DNA of 64,000 bases from Hydrolagus affinis (lineage: Eukaryota), in contig JAAILG010000002.1 in assembly GCA_012026655.1 (NCBI GenBank), positions 186,001 through 250,000 of the forward strand. Reading direction: 5' to 3'. Below, in pieces: positions 9,839 to 23,484 of this stretch; the first letter of the stretch is position 1, and the number at the start of each line of letters is the position of its first letter. Below the pieces are notes generated by a model. That model ran no database searches, had not been told where the DNA came from, and worked only from the letters and a program-made list of their open reading frames with translations. The translations under genes and the position numbers were made by a program.

Positions 9839-11845
9839 CAGCTTTCCTTCTGCATGGGTCACTTACTCATTGGATGAAACTCAAGAAGTGAAGGCAGAGG
9901 AAGGATGGGGGTGGGCGCAGACCATTTTAAAATATTTATACGGATTGATTTACACTTAATGCAAGCCAACAGTGACTCTTCCCAAGCATATGACACATTT
10001 TTAAAATTGAGAAACCTCGATGAAGGATAATGTTTCCCAGTGTGGGGCAATGCCAAGGTTGAAAAGGGTCAGAAAGAGTGAAATAAATCAAATCTTTAGT
10101 GGCAAGGTGATCATAAACGATGAGCTCGATAATACAAGGCACTAATCATGACCGACTGATCCAGTAGAGGTTTTAATGGGACATTGTACTATTACCACAA
10201 AATAATTGGGTTGTATCTTGGAGGAAAATAGTAACCATTTTGCGCAGGTGAAAATTCTGTCTTGTTAGACATCAGATTTTGAAAAGCCTGAAATGTAAAG
10301 CTTGCGTGGTGATTATTTTCACCTTATTTGTACTATGGATGCTGGTTAGATGCACTACAGATGGCACTAGTAGATGCACTCATCCCTGTACCAATTATAG
10401 GCTGGAACGATGTTATCTAGCACATCCAGCCACCAACTATTCTCTGTAATAAATGCAATGCGTGAAATTTCCTTGTATCCACTGCAAATGGTCTGTTCAG
10501 CCTCCAGTAATAAAGATACCCAATAAAACCTGCAAGATTCTTCTGTGAACCGCATTGTGCCGTTCACACAAAGAAAGTTCATAAAATTGGCAAAGCAGAA
10601 AATAATTTTAACTGTAAAATTTCATAACAAGGACATGCTGTATAGAACTATTAGGCCAGTTAATTGAAGATTAACTGAGTTCCAGCAGTTGGTTAAGTTT
10701 TACAAAGATTTCCCTTTTCTTCGCTGTGGCAATGGAACACATCACATGAATGCATTCATTTTATTTATGGCCTTATAATTCCTTTCCAGATATCTACCAT
10801 TCATATGATAAACTCTTTGTCATCGATTAGCAAGCTGACAGGATTTTTTACTACGTAATGTAGGGCAATCAGTTTGCTCTGAGATAATGCTGTGAGTGGC
10901 CTGTCGGGTGCCTCAAAGCTTTTTAATTAGTAAGTGATAGGATTGTGGATGTAGGCAAACTCTCAATGGGAGGCTTTACAGTGAAACTCCCACTTGTCTA
11001 ATCAGTTGCTTAATCCTCAGAGGAAATGAGGGGGAAACGAGTGTTGCCAGTAATCACAGACACTATGAGGACCGAGGGTACCGGTGACCAGTTAATTAGA
11101 AAACTGGTTGAAAACGAAACAGCTTCTTTCTGAGAAAACACAATACACAAAGCACTGGGATTCTTCTGCATTTCACTTACTGCATTTTACACCAACAGAA
11201 TACTACAAATGAGCCTACAGGGAGAGGACATGCAGCAGGGAGCAGTGAATCACAGAATTGATTGCATTGGTGAAGCGCTGGTAAACCAACAGCAAAATGA
11301 CCAAGAATGTCCCCATATTTTCCATTTGCATAAATATGAATGTATTTTGGTTTGCCTTTTGCAGTGATTGTTACAGGCGTGATATTATTTAATGGGTAAG
11401 ACACTTTCACTTTCCAGGTTTTGTTTGTCTGTGTGGGAACATCGAGATTTCAATTCGATTGGCTGCCTCAACCCAAGTATAACTTGGTATTGCGCTGAAT
11501 CACAGTGCCAGTTGTATGAAATACTATGAACTGTTATGACGAGAGTTGAAATGGAAGTGAGACTTTACAATTAGCGTTACTGAATTAGGGTTACTGGGCT
11601 TTCAGCCTCTCTGCCCCCACCCTTTGGAACTTTTACCAGTAATTTTGTTATTGTTGTAGAATTAAAACCTCTTTGGTTCATCAGAATGGGCAAACTTTTT
11701 AAACAGTTTTACATTATCTTCTCTTACAGTAAGCCATGAAGCCTAAAACACCATCCTAAATGCTTGATGCGATTGACGAAACAGAATGGTATTGTTCGAA
11801 CATTAGTAGATGTGGATAGGGCAATTCTGTAACAGTAAAGAAAGT

Positions 11846-11950
11846 AAATAATAATAATCCTTGCATTTGATATAGTGCCTTATCACAACTTCAACACTTC
11901 TCAAAGCAATTCAATACTGCAAAGTGAATTGACTGTACATTTTGTGGGCA
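11846..11950 (-). mobile_element. tRNA-SINE 3' fragment
   Basis: (AAT)n CCTTGCATTTGATATAGTGCC...AAAGTGAATTGACTGTACATTTTGTGGGC. Confidence 0.85.
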
Positions 11951-13236
11951 GAATCTAAAAACGTGACTGATAATCAAAGTCAACCAGTTTCACACTTGCA
12001 GACAGTTGATAACAGATACAGCAAAATCCAGAATTGAGCTTGTCCCAAAATTTGTTTGGTTCTCCTACAAAGGGTTGAAGAGAAATAGGCTGTCAGCTTC
12101 AAATTTGCAAGCTAACTTTCGGCACCCTCAATTATCATGGGCTTTCATGTACTGCTTCATTGAACAATTTCATTTTCATAAAATAAATATGTTCAGGTGT
12201 CAGAATTAATGCAAAAAGATCAGTAGAGAAAGACAGAGAAGATGCTGATGACATTTCCATATAGCTACTGGTTCCATCATTATGAAGAAAAAGTAGGCAG
12301 GTTTATAGGTGAGTGACAAGAATCCCTGTGCTATGTCTCTAAACCAACGTCTGTGAATATGACAATGTGCCACTTAAATTCCATTTTGTCACAGTTTTAA
12401 TCTTTTCAAGCAATCTTTTATCCCATAGGCCAATACGGTGACATAAACTTAGACAGGACATTGCTTCAGTTAACCTATGTGCTCACTTACACATCCTTGT
12501 TTCCATGAGCTCACCTACAATACAACCTCCTCTGGCAGACATTCCCCAGGGAATTACTTACTGGAGCTGAACAAAAAGGTTTGCACGTGACCGGCTTCTT
12601 TCAGGGGTATTTACTTGCGGCAATTCTCAATTAAATTACTCTGAAAATAGATTCACGGACTTGTAGTGCGTGCCTTTTTTTTCCCCATTGTTCGAAATGG
12701 GAACAATTTTCCAAATGAAACCAAACCAGTCGTGTGAAATCATACTCTGCCTCAATGCTATCTCTATGTACAATACTTACTTCATACTCAGCTTCTCCTT
12801 TATACAGCGCCCGCTTTAGACCTTTGTGTAGTATTTATCATTTGCTTGGGAGAGAGTCAAAAATCATTGCAACATAACAGAAGGTACACATAACTTGATT
12901 CCTGATCAATATCCTTCACAAAATTGGTGTAAGTCGGGAACGTTTAGTGTTTCTTTGCTTTTTCTTATTCCAATGGAATGTTTCATTACTGATAGCAATT
13001 AGACAATTACTGCAATGAAATCACCCAAGTGGAAGCCTTTGGATCCCTATCTTTTTGGAATTATTATTGCATGAGAATGTCAATGGTTCTTACTCAAAGA
13101 GTAATTTATCTTTTCACTACATCTCCCTTCTCTACCAGCAAATGCAACGACCATCAACTAATATGCAAGGCTCAGGTAATTTATTTGTGATTTGTAATTG
13201 TAAGACCCTTGGGCAATTTCTGAAAGATGACATTTT

Positions 13237-13280
13237 AACAAAAACAAAATTACATTTATAGAGCACCTTTCACGTCGGGA
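13237..13280 (-). mobile_element. L2 family-B 3' tail remnant
   Basis: AACAAAATTACATTTATAGAGCACCTTTCACGTCGGGA. Confidence 0.65.
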
Positions 13281-13929
13281 AAGTGACTGGATGGGCAAGA
13301 AATGAATAAAAGAAAAAGAATAGTGAAGGTAAACCGAAGAAATACATAATGGGGAAGCTTTTTGCTGCCAGCCCCTTCATTACATCCGTTGACCTTTTAA
13401 ATAAAGCATTTATATTCCTTTACTCATGTTGGATTTATCAAGATTGTGCTCAAATATAGAGATAGCTACAGACAGTTCCCTCTGGGATAATAAATTTGCC
13501 AAGATTGAAGAACAATCTGGAATCTCTAAGGTCACTAATAAATTGGGAAATAGGTGAGCCAACCAAGAAATCAACTTCCAATTTTGAAATTAAGTACTGA
13601 GGGTGAACAATGTGAGGTTTCACAGCAGGCTCATTACGATCAGCAGACAAAATACCACATATTTCAGCCCAATGTTTTGGGTTCAGGAAAGATTTCTCTG
13701 GATTCTGCAGCATTTTTTGCAATGTTCTGCTCCACACTCCTTCGCAGGCAACTAATTGATACACAAGAGTTTTATTTTCAAAATGGAATTTAATTAGGTT
13801 AATTACGATTCGGGCTTAACATAGCAATAAGAACATCATTTATTTCTTCCTTGAGAATCTTGGGCTGCAAAATTAAAATATTTTTTTCTGATAAACCTCT
13901 TCAGAAATGCTGATGCATTTTATAATGAA

Positions 13930-14130
13930 TCATTCCCGCAAAGCATTAGAATGGTGGTCACTTCCACTCATGAAAGAGGCAGTGGCAGTGATTTATGAGC
14001 CTAAAAATGCAGGTGACAATTGCTATATTTCCATAAGGATTTAGATATGCTTAAATGCAGGATTATGCTTGTGCTGCAATAACTGACTAGTTTTAATGAG
14101 TGGAACTGAGTGCCTCCTTGTTGCCGTAAA
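13930..14130 (+). mobile_element. Possible highly diverged CR1 3' end
   Basis: GAAAGAGGCAGTGGCAG...GGATTTAGAT...GAGTGCCTCCTTGTTGCCGTAAATT loosely matches the CR1 ORF2 end and 3'UTR. Confidence 0.3.
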
Positions 14131-14316
14131 TTGAAACAGACCAAAATTCTCAGCACAGTGTCAATGTAATGTTTGATCCTTTCCAGTTACCTGAATGGTT
14201 GACTGAATCACTGTTAAGATGTGAGATGGCCTCAGACATATTGGAGTCCGCTCACCTTGAACTGTGCAGGATAAGCCACTTTTTAAAACAACACTGCAAG
14301 TTTCAGAAACCTGATC

Positions 14317-14445
14317 ATAATAATAGTCCTCGCATTTGATATAGCGCCTTATCACATCTTCGAGACATCTCAAAGCACTTCGCACGATATACAGTAAAGG
14401 GTAGTGGACTGTATATTTTGTGATTGAAACCTTGCAGACTTAATT
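14317..14445 (-). mobile_element. tRNA-SINE 3' fragment
   Basis: (AAT)n GTCCTCGCATTTGATATAGCGCCTTATCACATCTTCGAGACATCTCAAAGCACTTC. Confidence 0.85.
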
Positions 14446-15184
14446 CCCATTCACACACTCCAACCTCTGAAAAGGAAAGAGGTTTTTTTTTAAAAAAAAA
14501 TCTGTGCTTTAAAAGGTATTTCATTTTGAACTTGCATAGTTGGAAATTAAAACACAAACACCTGGTGAAGTGAATGGCCATCAACCTTGAAGAATAGAAG
14601 AGCAAATCGGTGTCCTGCATTCCAGTAATCACTTCCATTTTTAACAATTCTTCTCCCCTGAACTGTTCAAACGAAAATCTCTAAGGCTTGTCTCCTATTG
14701 TTTGAGGGCCTATTCTTCCGAAGATTCTTTCACCAAATAATGCTTAAATATCTGCCTTACAAGCCGGCCTTGTGGAAAGGTGGTTATTAAAACTAGACAA
14801 ATAATCCATTTAATAAAATATAGCATCCTTTGGTAAAAGTTGTTTCCCTAGTGGAGAGTGGTTCTATTATATACAAGTTTCTCCAAATAACATTTTTCAT
14901 TCTTTTGCTTTTCTCTCTTTGTGGAAACTTGCTTGCTATTAGAACCTTTGTATGATGATGAATGATGCCAAGTTTGTCCTTCGAGTATGGTTTTCTCTTT
15001 CCCCAACATCCACACAGACTTTAATGAAAGAAAAGTGACAAAAAACATAATCATGTGGACTTTCATGGAGATTCTATCTCTCCATATATTTTTGAAGTAA
15101 AATCAATCGACTTAGCAGTGGGTTCAGAGGTTCAACCCTTCAACAAGTATGGCAGCATCCCCAGAAATGTTAAAAAATAATATT

Positions 15185-15305
15185 AATAATAAATATCCAC
15201 ATTTCAGATAGCACCTTATAAATTGCTTCACACAATGATTTACTTTGAAGTGTCGTGCCTGTTATACGGTGTATTAGCAACATCCCACAAATAGGAATGG
15301 GATGA
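15185..15305 (-). mobile_element. Very old Deu-SINE-type 3' remnant
   Basis: ATAGCACCTT...GCTTCACA...TACTTTGAAGTGT...AGCAACATCCCACAAA. Confidence 0.4.
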
Positions 15306-15360
15306 TTTGTTTCATATATTGTAATAAATTAATTCAATATACAGTACTGTCTATCCGGCA

Positions 15361-15576
15361 GTCCCTTCGCTTCACTTCCTCCCTTGCCTCTTTCGATGTC
15401 GGTCTCAAGATCCTCCTCTTCGATCGTGCCTTCCCAACTCTCCCTCCCCTCCTAACTCTCTCCCGCCCCTCTCCCCTACCCTGTCCTCTCCTTTGCTTGG
15501 ATCCCGACCTGACCATAAGATGTCCTCCCGACCCGGAAGGCGTTCTAGAAGTGTAATTTTGTTGTTGTTGTTGTTG
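15361..15576 (+). mobile_element. L2 family-B 3' end
   Basis: Translates SLASFDVGLKILLFDRAF (L2 C-terminus); pyrimidine-rich UTR; GATGTCCTCCCGAC...GAAGGCGTTCTAGAAGTGTAATTTT(GTT)n. Confidence 0.85.
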
Positions 15577-15794
15577 TCCGAAAGCTACTGGTTGCAGTAT
15601 TCCATGGCCTGGATACAATAGACAAAATAAAAAAATTATGAACAATCTACATGTACACATTTTGATGTACATTTAGTGTGTGGGTGCCCTGCTTATTTTG
15701 TCTGCGTAATGATCCTGTACATTGGGAAGCTCAATCCCAATCGTTCCCATCAAGCAGAAAACAAAAGGTACGGAACATTTGAGTTGACTTACTA

Positions 15795-15895
15795 TTTCTG
15801 TTTCTCGTCTGTATTTTGTATTCCTGTATCCTGCTGAGTGTCCTCAGCGATTTCTGTATGTTTCAGCATCTGCAGCATCTTGTGTTTTTGTATTT
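15795..15895 (+). mobile_element. Penelope-like repeat fragment (same family as 5931-6055)
   Basis: TCTGTTTCTC...CCTGCTGAGTGTCCTCAGCGATTTCTGT...CAGCATCTGCAGCATCTTGTGTTTTTG. Confidence 0.55.
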
Positions 15896-15933
15896 TTGTA
15901 GACTGTACTGTACTAACAACAGCATTCTCAATC

Positions 15934-16285
15934 ATAATAACACTAATCCTTGCATTTGATGCAGCACTTTATCGTGTTGTTAAGACATCTCAAAGCGCTT
16001 CACAGAATATACCACAGTGTGGATTGACCGTACATTTTATGAGCGAAATACGGTAGTTGGGTTGCGCACAGAAATGTCCCACAAACAGCTATGGAGTTTC
16101 TGCTGACCAAGAATCCCCCAAATAAAATTTGCTCAATTGTTAATGGAGAAACAATACTGCCGTTGTTAGTACCTTCTCTTTTCGAATAGTGCCACGGGAT
16201 CTTTAACATCTATCCGAACAGACAGAGAGAACTTTGGTTTAACATCTCACCTGACAATTGCAACACACCCCAGTCCTGCATTGGT
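15934..16285 (-). mobile_element. Deu-domain SINE, 5'-truncated
   Basis: SINE tail CCTTGCATTTGAT...CAAAGCGCTTCACAGAATAT, then the Deu core reverse complement TTCGAATAGTGCCACGGGATCTTTAACATC...GGTTTAACATCTCA. Confidence 0.85.
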
Positions 16286-17394
16286 TGACAGTGAATGTGA
16301 TTATTATGTAATATCGTTGCAATTTGATACAAGCAGAACCCCCACCGCCCCACCCACCCCCATCCCACTGATATAACAAGGTTAAATTTGTGGCATTTCA
16401 TAATATTTCATAATGTTAATCATCAGAAGAAATAAGATTACGATACGTTTCTTGTGATAACCATCACAAGCAATTCATTGAAGCATTGCAATATTTCTTT
16501 CCATTTAAACCAACCTTGCTGCTAAATATTCTGTGTTTCAACATTCTGTCCAGTTGCAACTTGGTTTTTTATTAAGTGTTGCATTAAAAATTTACATAAC
16601 ATTAACTCGGGAGGAAATCAACCGTGCGTTTCGGAAGCTCCAAAGTTATCGAGTCTGCGGTTAGAAAAAAAAAGTGTAGCTGAAAAAGCTATTATCTTTT
16701 GAATTTAAACTTCTGGTTAGGTGCTAAATTGTAGAGGCAGAGGAGAAAGGGGACTTGCCGACAGAACAAATGTTTTCAGCACTGCCAACGGAAACGTCTT
16801 CAGCAGCGAGTTCACAAAAACGTTAATTGCTCCATTGCTATTGAAGGCACACTACATATGCCCACCTAACAACCTCATGATGCAGTTATCTTGCGCCAAC
16901 TGGTTTTACACAAGTAACACTTTGAGAACGAGCAACACAACGTTTCTTTTTTGCACAGCTCAAATCTGGGGAAGAATATTCCCGATCTATGTGCAGAACA
17001 CTGCTCGCCACAGCTTGGATACGACATCTATAACGCAAATGCAAACCCCATCTTTCTCCTGGTTAATCTGGCTCCAGTAGAAACCAGGAAAGGCAATCAA
17101 GCAAACCGCACATTTTTAATGTTTAATAAATGGCTTTTCTACCAGTTGGTACAGTGATATAGTGCGACTGCGACATGGAAGTTTGCCTCCTGGGTATCAG
17201 ATGCCTGAGTTTTACTGAAATTGTCTCATTGGTATCCTGAACAATACAAAGTTATAGAAACTTTCCTGGTAGCGTTTGGAAAACGAATGATCCTAAATAC
17301 GAAGTAGAATCCTTTTGGCATCCATGTATGTGTCAAGCCTCTGTCGAAATACAACTTCCAATGATATTTATTTCAGTATGCATAACACCTGACC

Positions 17395-17567
17395 ATATCA
17401 TAACATGTAAAAAGGAACTGGAATCATATGTCACAAAAAAAATTGAAGGATATGGGTACGAGCAAGGGAATGGGATGAGTGTAGATGATTCCAAAAAGGT
17501 GGCTAGCAATGCCACAAATACCATAGGCTGAAAAGCATCTTTCTGCGCTATAAACTTTCAATCATTC
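17395..17567 (+). mobile_element. CR1 3' end
   Basis: AAAAAGGAACTGGA...TTGAAGGATATGGG...GGGAATGGGATGAG...ATAGGCTGAAAAGCATCTTTCTGCGCTATAAAC follows the typical CR1 ORF2 end and 3'UTR layout. Confidence 0.7.
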
Positions 17568-19134
17568 TCCAATATAGGGAATTTGCTACATGATCTTATT
17601 GCTTTGGTAGCTTTAACACGGACAGCAAATACTGGTCAGGTGTCCAAAATTATCTAACTTGGTTCCTAAATGTAATTACGTATTGATCAGCTTGGTCTCT
17701 GCCTCGTGCAAAACATCCTCGCTGTGCTTAATTCTGAACCTGAATTGCACATTTGGCAGAGAGAATCACTGTGATTTTGACAGCAATTTGCAGCCATATG
17801 TGCAGTGTAAATCAGGGCTGAGTCGAGGCAGAGTGTGAATGTGCTGGAGTGGCTCACAGCACAGCCTGGAGTCGGGTGGTTTTCAGAAGCAGTTTCATCT
17901 ACAACTGTTGCTGCTGCTGCTGTAGTATAAATTCAGCAGCTTTGAATCCTACTGGACTTGTCCTCCCATGGACTGTCGGCAACTCTTGGATGATCCATTG
18001 TACGACCAATGGGCCAAATTGTAATGTTATTGAAAAACTGATCATTCAATAAACTCTTTCATAACATTAAAGATAGAACACCAAGTTTTGTGTTCTACAC
18101 TCGAGCCTCCAGTTAAGATTTCTTCAAGTTATTAATCAAAACTGAAAAGGCCTGTGGGCAGTGGGATGGTACGTACTGAATAGAGCAGCTGGACAGTATT
18201 TCACACTTCCAATGGTGAGTTCCAGATCTTAACACAGGGACAATCCCCATCACATTACTGCCGACACCAACCGTTCTTTGCATACTCATCAAACATTATT
18301 ACACCGTTGCACTATCCATCACATCCATGTCCTTGTCATGGATGGATACAGTATGACCAACACGTAACAGGCATCAAAACGCAAATAGCCCAAATGGATT
18401 CATCTTCGGGTGCAGTCACAGGAACATAGAGTATCAACCAAATCTATACAACTTTGCGGTATTCAGCGTTTCAGCCAAGATTCGTTTGATTCTTCCAAGG
18501 ACGGTATTTTGGCAGGAAAAAATAAATACTAATTTCCTAATTTTGCTATGAATCTCATACATTTAATATTTAAGAGCTGGAAGTGTAGTGCAAAGCCACT
18601 TTAGTTCTCATTTCTTTCAACACTATTTCTTATAACTTCTCCTTTACTTTTCATTCAGATGCATAATAAATAATTATCCTACTAACAGATTTCTGCATTT
18701 CCAACTGGACCATATTAATCAAGAACAAAGCTCAACCCTTCATTTCATTCATTGTGAATAAAGCGATCCTCAATCTTTTAATAAGAATGCACCTTGTGAT
18801 ATTTCCTTTACGTATTTGTTTTTTGGGCACATTTCTGTTCAGATAATTTAAGAAATGAGAGTGTGATAACATAAATGGGGCTTCATAACTGAATTATGCA
18901 TCGTCCTTAACTTCAAACAATATTCTAATTATGATCAAATATTCTTGATTCAAATGTATATCCTTCATTCCTTGAATAGTGTAGGCTCCAGGCAAAGAGA
19001 CTGACCTTCTTTCCTATTATTTAAGGCTGAGCATATGGTGAAGGTGAAGCAGACCTGAAAGACATTCCATTTGCACGTTTTCTAACAAATCGATTAATTG
19101 CCGAGTCCAAAACAAACGAACGTTAATATAAGAC

Positions 19135-19326
19135 AGCTAGCTGAGGATCTAATAGAAAGTTTAGGAAGAACTTCTTCACACAGAGGGTGGCAAGAAGGTG
19201 GAACTCACTGCTAGATGGAATACCATGAATGCCTTCAAATGAAAACATTCTGTTTAGTATGCTGAGTACGTGTATATAGGTGAGGAGGGGAATAGGAGGG
19301 CTGGGGAATGTAAACACCAGCACAGA
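19135..19326 (+). mobile_element. CR1 ORF2 C-terminus / 3'UTR fragment
   Basis: Translates RKFRKNFFTQRVARRWNSLL; later GTAAACACCAGCACAGA. Confidence 0.8.
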
Positions 19327-19609
19327 ATACAGTATGCCGCTTCACTCTATGTTATGTGAACCTGATACTGCTTGAATGACTACTAGGACTAAAAAAATAT
19401 TCCTTGCATTTGCTCATACACTGCTTGAAAAGCAACTTATTTCTGAACAAAATTTTGCCGAAGTAACACCAAGAATTCCCTGCTGTTTGTCCTGTCGCCA
19501 GTGTAAACTGAAATAAGACGTGTTCTCTCTGGTCTCTGCATGCCAACGCAAACAAAGTGGACAACCAACAGACACACGTAACATTTTACCCCAGTCCAGC
19601 AGATATGTT

Positions 19610-19932
19610 GAGTCCCGTAGCTCAGTGGTTAGAACACTTGCCTTACAAGCGTGAGACCTGTGTTCGAATCCAGGCAGGTCAGGGCAAAACCTTGGGCGAG
19701 TTTCCTTATTCCACATGCCTAATAATAATTCCTCCCCAAAAAAACACAACAATAAAATTGGTCATTTCAATCCACGACTGTTTGTGGGACACTGCTGTGC
19801 GCAATTGGCTGCCGCGTTTCGCCCACAAATATACAGTTAATTCACTTTACAGTGTATTCTGCGAAGAGCTTTGAGACGTCTAGAAGACGTGAAAAGCGCT
19901 ACATCAAATGCATGGATTATTATTATTATTAT
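19610..19932 (+). mobile_element. Full-length tRNA-derived SINE (subfamily 1; resembles elephant-shark SINE2-type elements, from memory)
   Basis: Pol III A box TAGCTCAGTGG and B box GTTCGAATCC; body; 3' stem-loop ACGTCTAGAAGACGT; (TTA)n tail; many copies in the window. Confidence 0.95.
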
Positions 19933-21317
19933 AATGCATTTTTAAGCGAAGAACAACATTTCCTGGCACAACATTATAATTTGACTCAGCTGAAGAGCAA
20001 CAAGAGATAGACGGACAACATCTGTGCAGTTAACAATTGACTTGATGGCCTCAGGTGTGTTCTTGAGGCTAATGGTTCCACAGCAAGGATTCAGGTCATG
20101 GCATGGCTGCTTCTGCCTGAATGATCATCAGGCAGTCTGTGCTGAGGAAGGTTTTGTGGCAGGCTCCAATAAAATCTGACTGAACGGTGTCATGATTTGT
20201 TATTGATTTCCCAGAGGTTATATTTTGGATTGCAATCCCCCACCCCACCCCCGACCACCTTTAGGTTGGAATTTCACAACCCATCGCTTCAAATATAAAC
20301 CTGGGCCCCGAAGTCAGTCTCTGACTGCAGGTCCGCTCTGTGCCAATGACACTCAGAGCTTGTGTTTTCCAAGTGAATGAAACGTATCAAAGTGCTTTCA
20401 AGATTTCAGCTATGTAGTCTCGTTTTTTTTAAAAAAAAAGCACGCACAGTAGAATAACAGCCTTCTATTTCCTTAGCTGTTTTTGGCGGGGGCGTCAATT
20501 GTTTTTCAATAATCAATGCTCTCACATTTGCAAGTCAGGGAATTAATTTATGCACATGGATTATAGGCTATCTGTAATCATTTCTTGGCTGCTACAAAGG
20601 GTGTCCACACATCTGACTGACACCTAAATGAATTAGCCTGCATGTTAGGAGTCTTCCGTGTGGTAGATTTACCTATTAAGATCTGCTCAATCAGGTGCTC
20701 AGAAGTTGTGAGATAATAAGATTTTTTTCTCTCTCTGTATGTTCATGGGAAGTTGTGCTGTGATGCCATAAGTCTGTTTCGTATGAAAAAAAAATCAATT
20801 TTGCAAAGCACTCTCTCTACTGAAACGCATTTCTGTCAAATGAGATACCATCGGTTCATAAACTTAATTAAATATTAAAAAGCTACCATGCAAGTCATTT
20901 ATGGAGGTGAAAAAAAGAAATAAGTCTATGCATTAAAATGCGAAAATTGCACAAGTCTTCAGCAAAGCAGTGGGCGAATATGAACACAATATTGACAAGA
21001 GTGGAGAAATATTACTGGAGGCTGCGTGCTTGGGTGAACACGAGATCAACTGATCTTAGAAACGGACGTGCTGAACTGATACCGAGTGACACATTCTGTA
21101 ATATGTGGTTTCAGCATTACAAATGTCCAATGTTTTGTAAATTAAATGTTTTGTTTGATTTATTTTGATACAACCTCTCAAGGCTGGCTCCAGGCTATTA
21201 CTGTATTATTTTTTTCCAAAAGGCATTTATTCTTATTTTCAATTCCACTTTAAGTTTATTCTCTTTTTCTCGTATGAAATAGAAACCCCCACCCCCCCAA
21301 ATAATAATAATAATAAT

Positions 21318-21470
21318 GCATTGGGGGAATTGGATAAAAATGTGAAAAGGGCCTTGAAAGGATAAAACAAAAATGGGGATGGAATTGGGATGACAGCTAT
21401 GAGGGCCTTTGGATAAACTAACACCAGTTAGAGGCCAAATTATCTCCTTGGCTTGTATTATCTTACAAAT
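21318..21470 (+). mobile_element. Diverged CR1 3' end
   Basis: GGGGAATTGGATAAA...TTGAAAGGATA...GGAATTGGGATGACAGCT...GGCCAAATTATCTCCTT. Confidence 0.55.
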
Positions 21471-21764
21471 CTATACATTTGCCTATTGTTTTCTGGAGAG
21501 TAAATAGTAATATTAACTTTTTGCTCCTTGGTTTGCTGTATTTTCTTTGGGCTACAATGAATGAAAGATTGTAAATGGATTGAATGCTGCATTTATCAGA
21601 TAAATCTAACATCTGGGGCCCTGGGAGATTATGAAACCACTCAGTTTGTGCTGAAGGTCCATTTCACATGCTGGCAATTAGGGAAAAATAGCCACATCCA
21701 CTCTGTCTACTCTCACCTTCCTATCGATTACTGACCCCTTGAGGCATCATTGGATTTGATTATA

Positions 21765-21819
21765 GGAGATGTCTTGACGATGTGATAAGACACTATATCA
21801 AACGCCAGGCATTATTATT
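21765..21819 (+). mobile_element. tRNA-SINE extreme 3' tail
   Basis: GAGATGTCTTGACGATGTGATAAGACACTATATCAAACGCCAGGCATTATTATTA. Confidence 0.65.
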
Positions 21820-22276
21820 AAGTTGTTCCTTTTAAGATGCTCACAACTCATCTTTTTTGAGATTCATATTTTATTTATTGATGTTAGTAACTGCGTACTT
21901 TGTAAGGTGAGCAGCTCAACTCAGGGTTTAAGTTTCCGATAGAGAGTTCACAAAACACACTCGGACTCCTCCAATTTTATGTTGAAATCAGGCAACCTTT
22001 TAGTAAACAAAACACAGTCGATAAAAGCAAGCCAGGATTACCCATCCTTTACTACTGCACATATCAATAAATGGGCCAAGATGTCAGTTGGTGTTTGGAT
22101 CAAAGCTTGAAAATCATAGGAGTGTGAAATGAATAGCTCGGCGATTACATCTCTTTTACGCAAACATGTGATCTGTCCCGTGTCTTCTCTAACATTTCCT
22201 TTGATTACGCAGCTGAATTCACATTTGCTACATAAGGTCTTAAACTAGTACTGATGTTAAACACCCCGATGGAGAT

Positions 22277-22507
22277 AATAATGATCGTTGCATTTGATAC
22301 AGAGCCTTATCACGTTTCGAGATGTCTCAAAATGCTTCACAGAATATACTTTTGTGGGCGAAACGTGGCTGCCAACTGCCCAAAGACAGTGGTGGATGGA
22401 GTGACCAATTTTTTTTTGAAGGGATGATTACTCCTGGAAACGCAATCTGCCAATCGACAAACAACCGGGTTCCTACTTACTGCTCTTAACCACTTGACTA
22501 CAGGACC
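22277..22507 (-). mobile_element. tRNA-SINE subfamily 2, internally deleted
   Basis: Same tail as subfamily 1; distinct body CTGCCAATCGACAAACAACCGGGTTCCTACTTACTGCT shared with 32519-33132; head remnant TAACCACTTGACTACAGGAC. Confidence 0.75.
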
Positions 22508-23484
22508 CTAGATAGGGTAGCCACGACCCAGATTCCAAACCACGTCTTGCTTTCTGGATCTAACGTGAAGTGATGCCGATGCAGTAACCTAATGTGGAGT
22601 AGCTTTGTGCCTATTCTGCTGGAGCAAGATCCATCTTTCGTTCTGTTTAAAAAAAAATCTCAGTGAGAAAAGAATTTTGCCATTTTTGAATCTGAAATAA
22701 TTTAATACAGATTTGTAAAGACAGACCTGCGTAGGATTGTATTAACTCAACTACAAGTGCCCAGATGATGCTTTGTGATTTATATAATGTGCAGAGTCCA
22801 CAATATTCCAGGATATTGAAAATCGTGAAGAAGGGAGCAGGTAATAAAAAGCTAAGAGAATCAATTGTTTTCTTTATATATATAAAAAAACAAAGATTAT
22901 ATCTCTCCTGGTTGAGACAGGAAAATGATTCACAAGTCAATCCCAAATGACACTGTCTCGATATTTTTGTCCACATTTTGAGTGAAATAATTTGAGAATT
23001 ATAGCACTGGAAAACGGATAACCTTATCTTTGATACTGTAAGTTTGAAGTTAGATAAGTGATAAAGTAAGTCGAAGTCCTCCTCACATCCATAAACATCA
23101 ATTTAATTCTATGTAGAATTAAACCCAAGCATTCAGAATTTAATAACAGGGAACCATTTAATGCTGTGATCCATTCCTCTTCTTAGATCCAAGTATAAGC
23201 ATGCCCCTTAAATTTCCAGGATTCCATTTGAAATGGCAAATTAGTTTTTCAATGCAGATTAATTTAAATTTGCGCCTTACATGCATGGGGAGGACATGAA
23301 CAGAAATATGCAATCAGATTTGTTTCAGGGTAAGGAAAAAGTTGCAATCGCGTTATATTTCCGAATTGAACACACAGTCAGTGGAGTCATACCAACACAC
23401 TCCTTTGATCCAGATGTATACAATCAATATACTTTCTTGGTATTACAACACATGATTCAAATGTTAACTTCGGAGATGAAGATT

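Noticed and set aside
10347-10380. Three imperfect AGATGCACT units
   Set aside because: Short local slippage repeat with no further structure.
11181-11278. Possible minus-strand exon (ACCAG...GCA/GTAAGT)
   Set aside because: One frame is open but the peptide is unrecognisable; splice-like pairs are expected by chance in 64 kb. A non-coding exon cannot be excluded without RNA-seq.
19610-19680. tRNA gene
   Set aside because: No acceptor stem or terminator; it continues into a SINE body and is one of many diverged copies.
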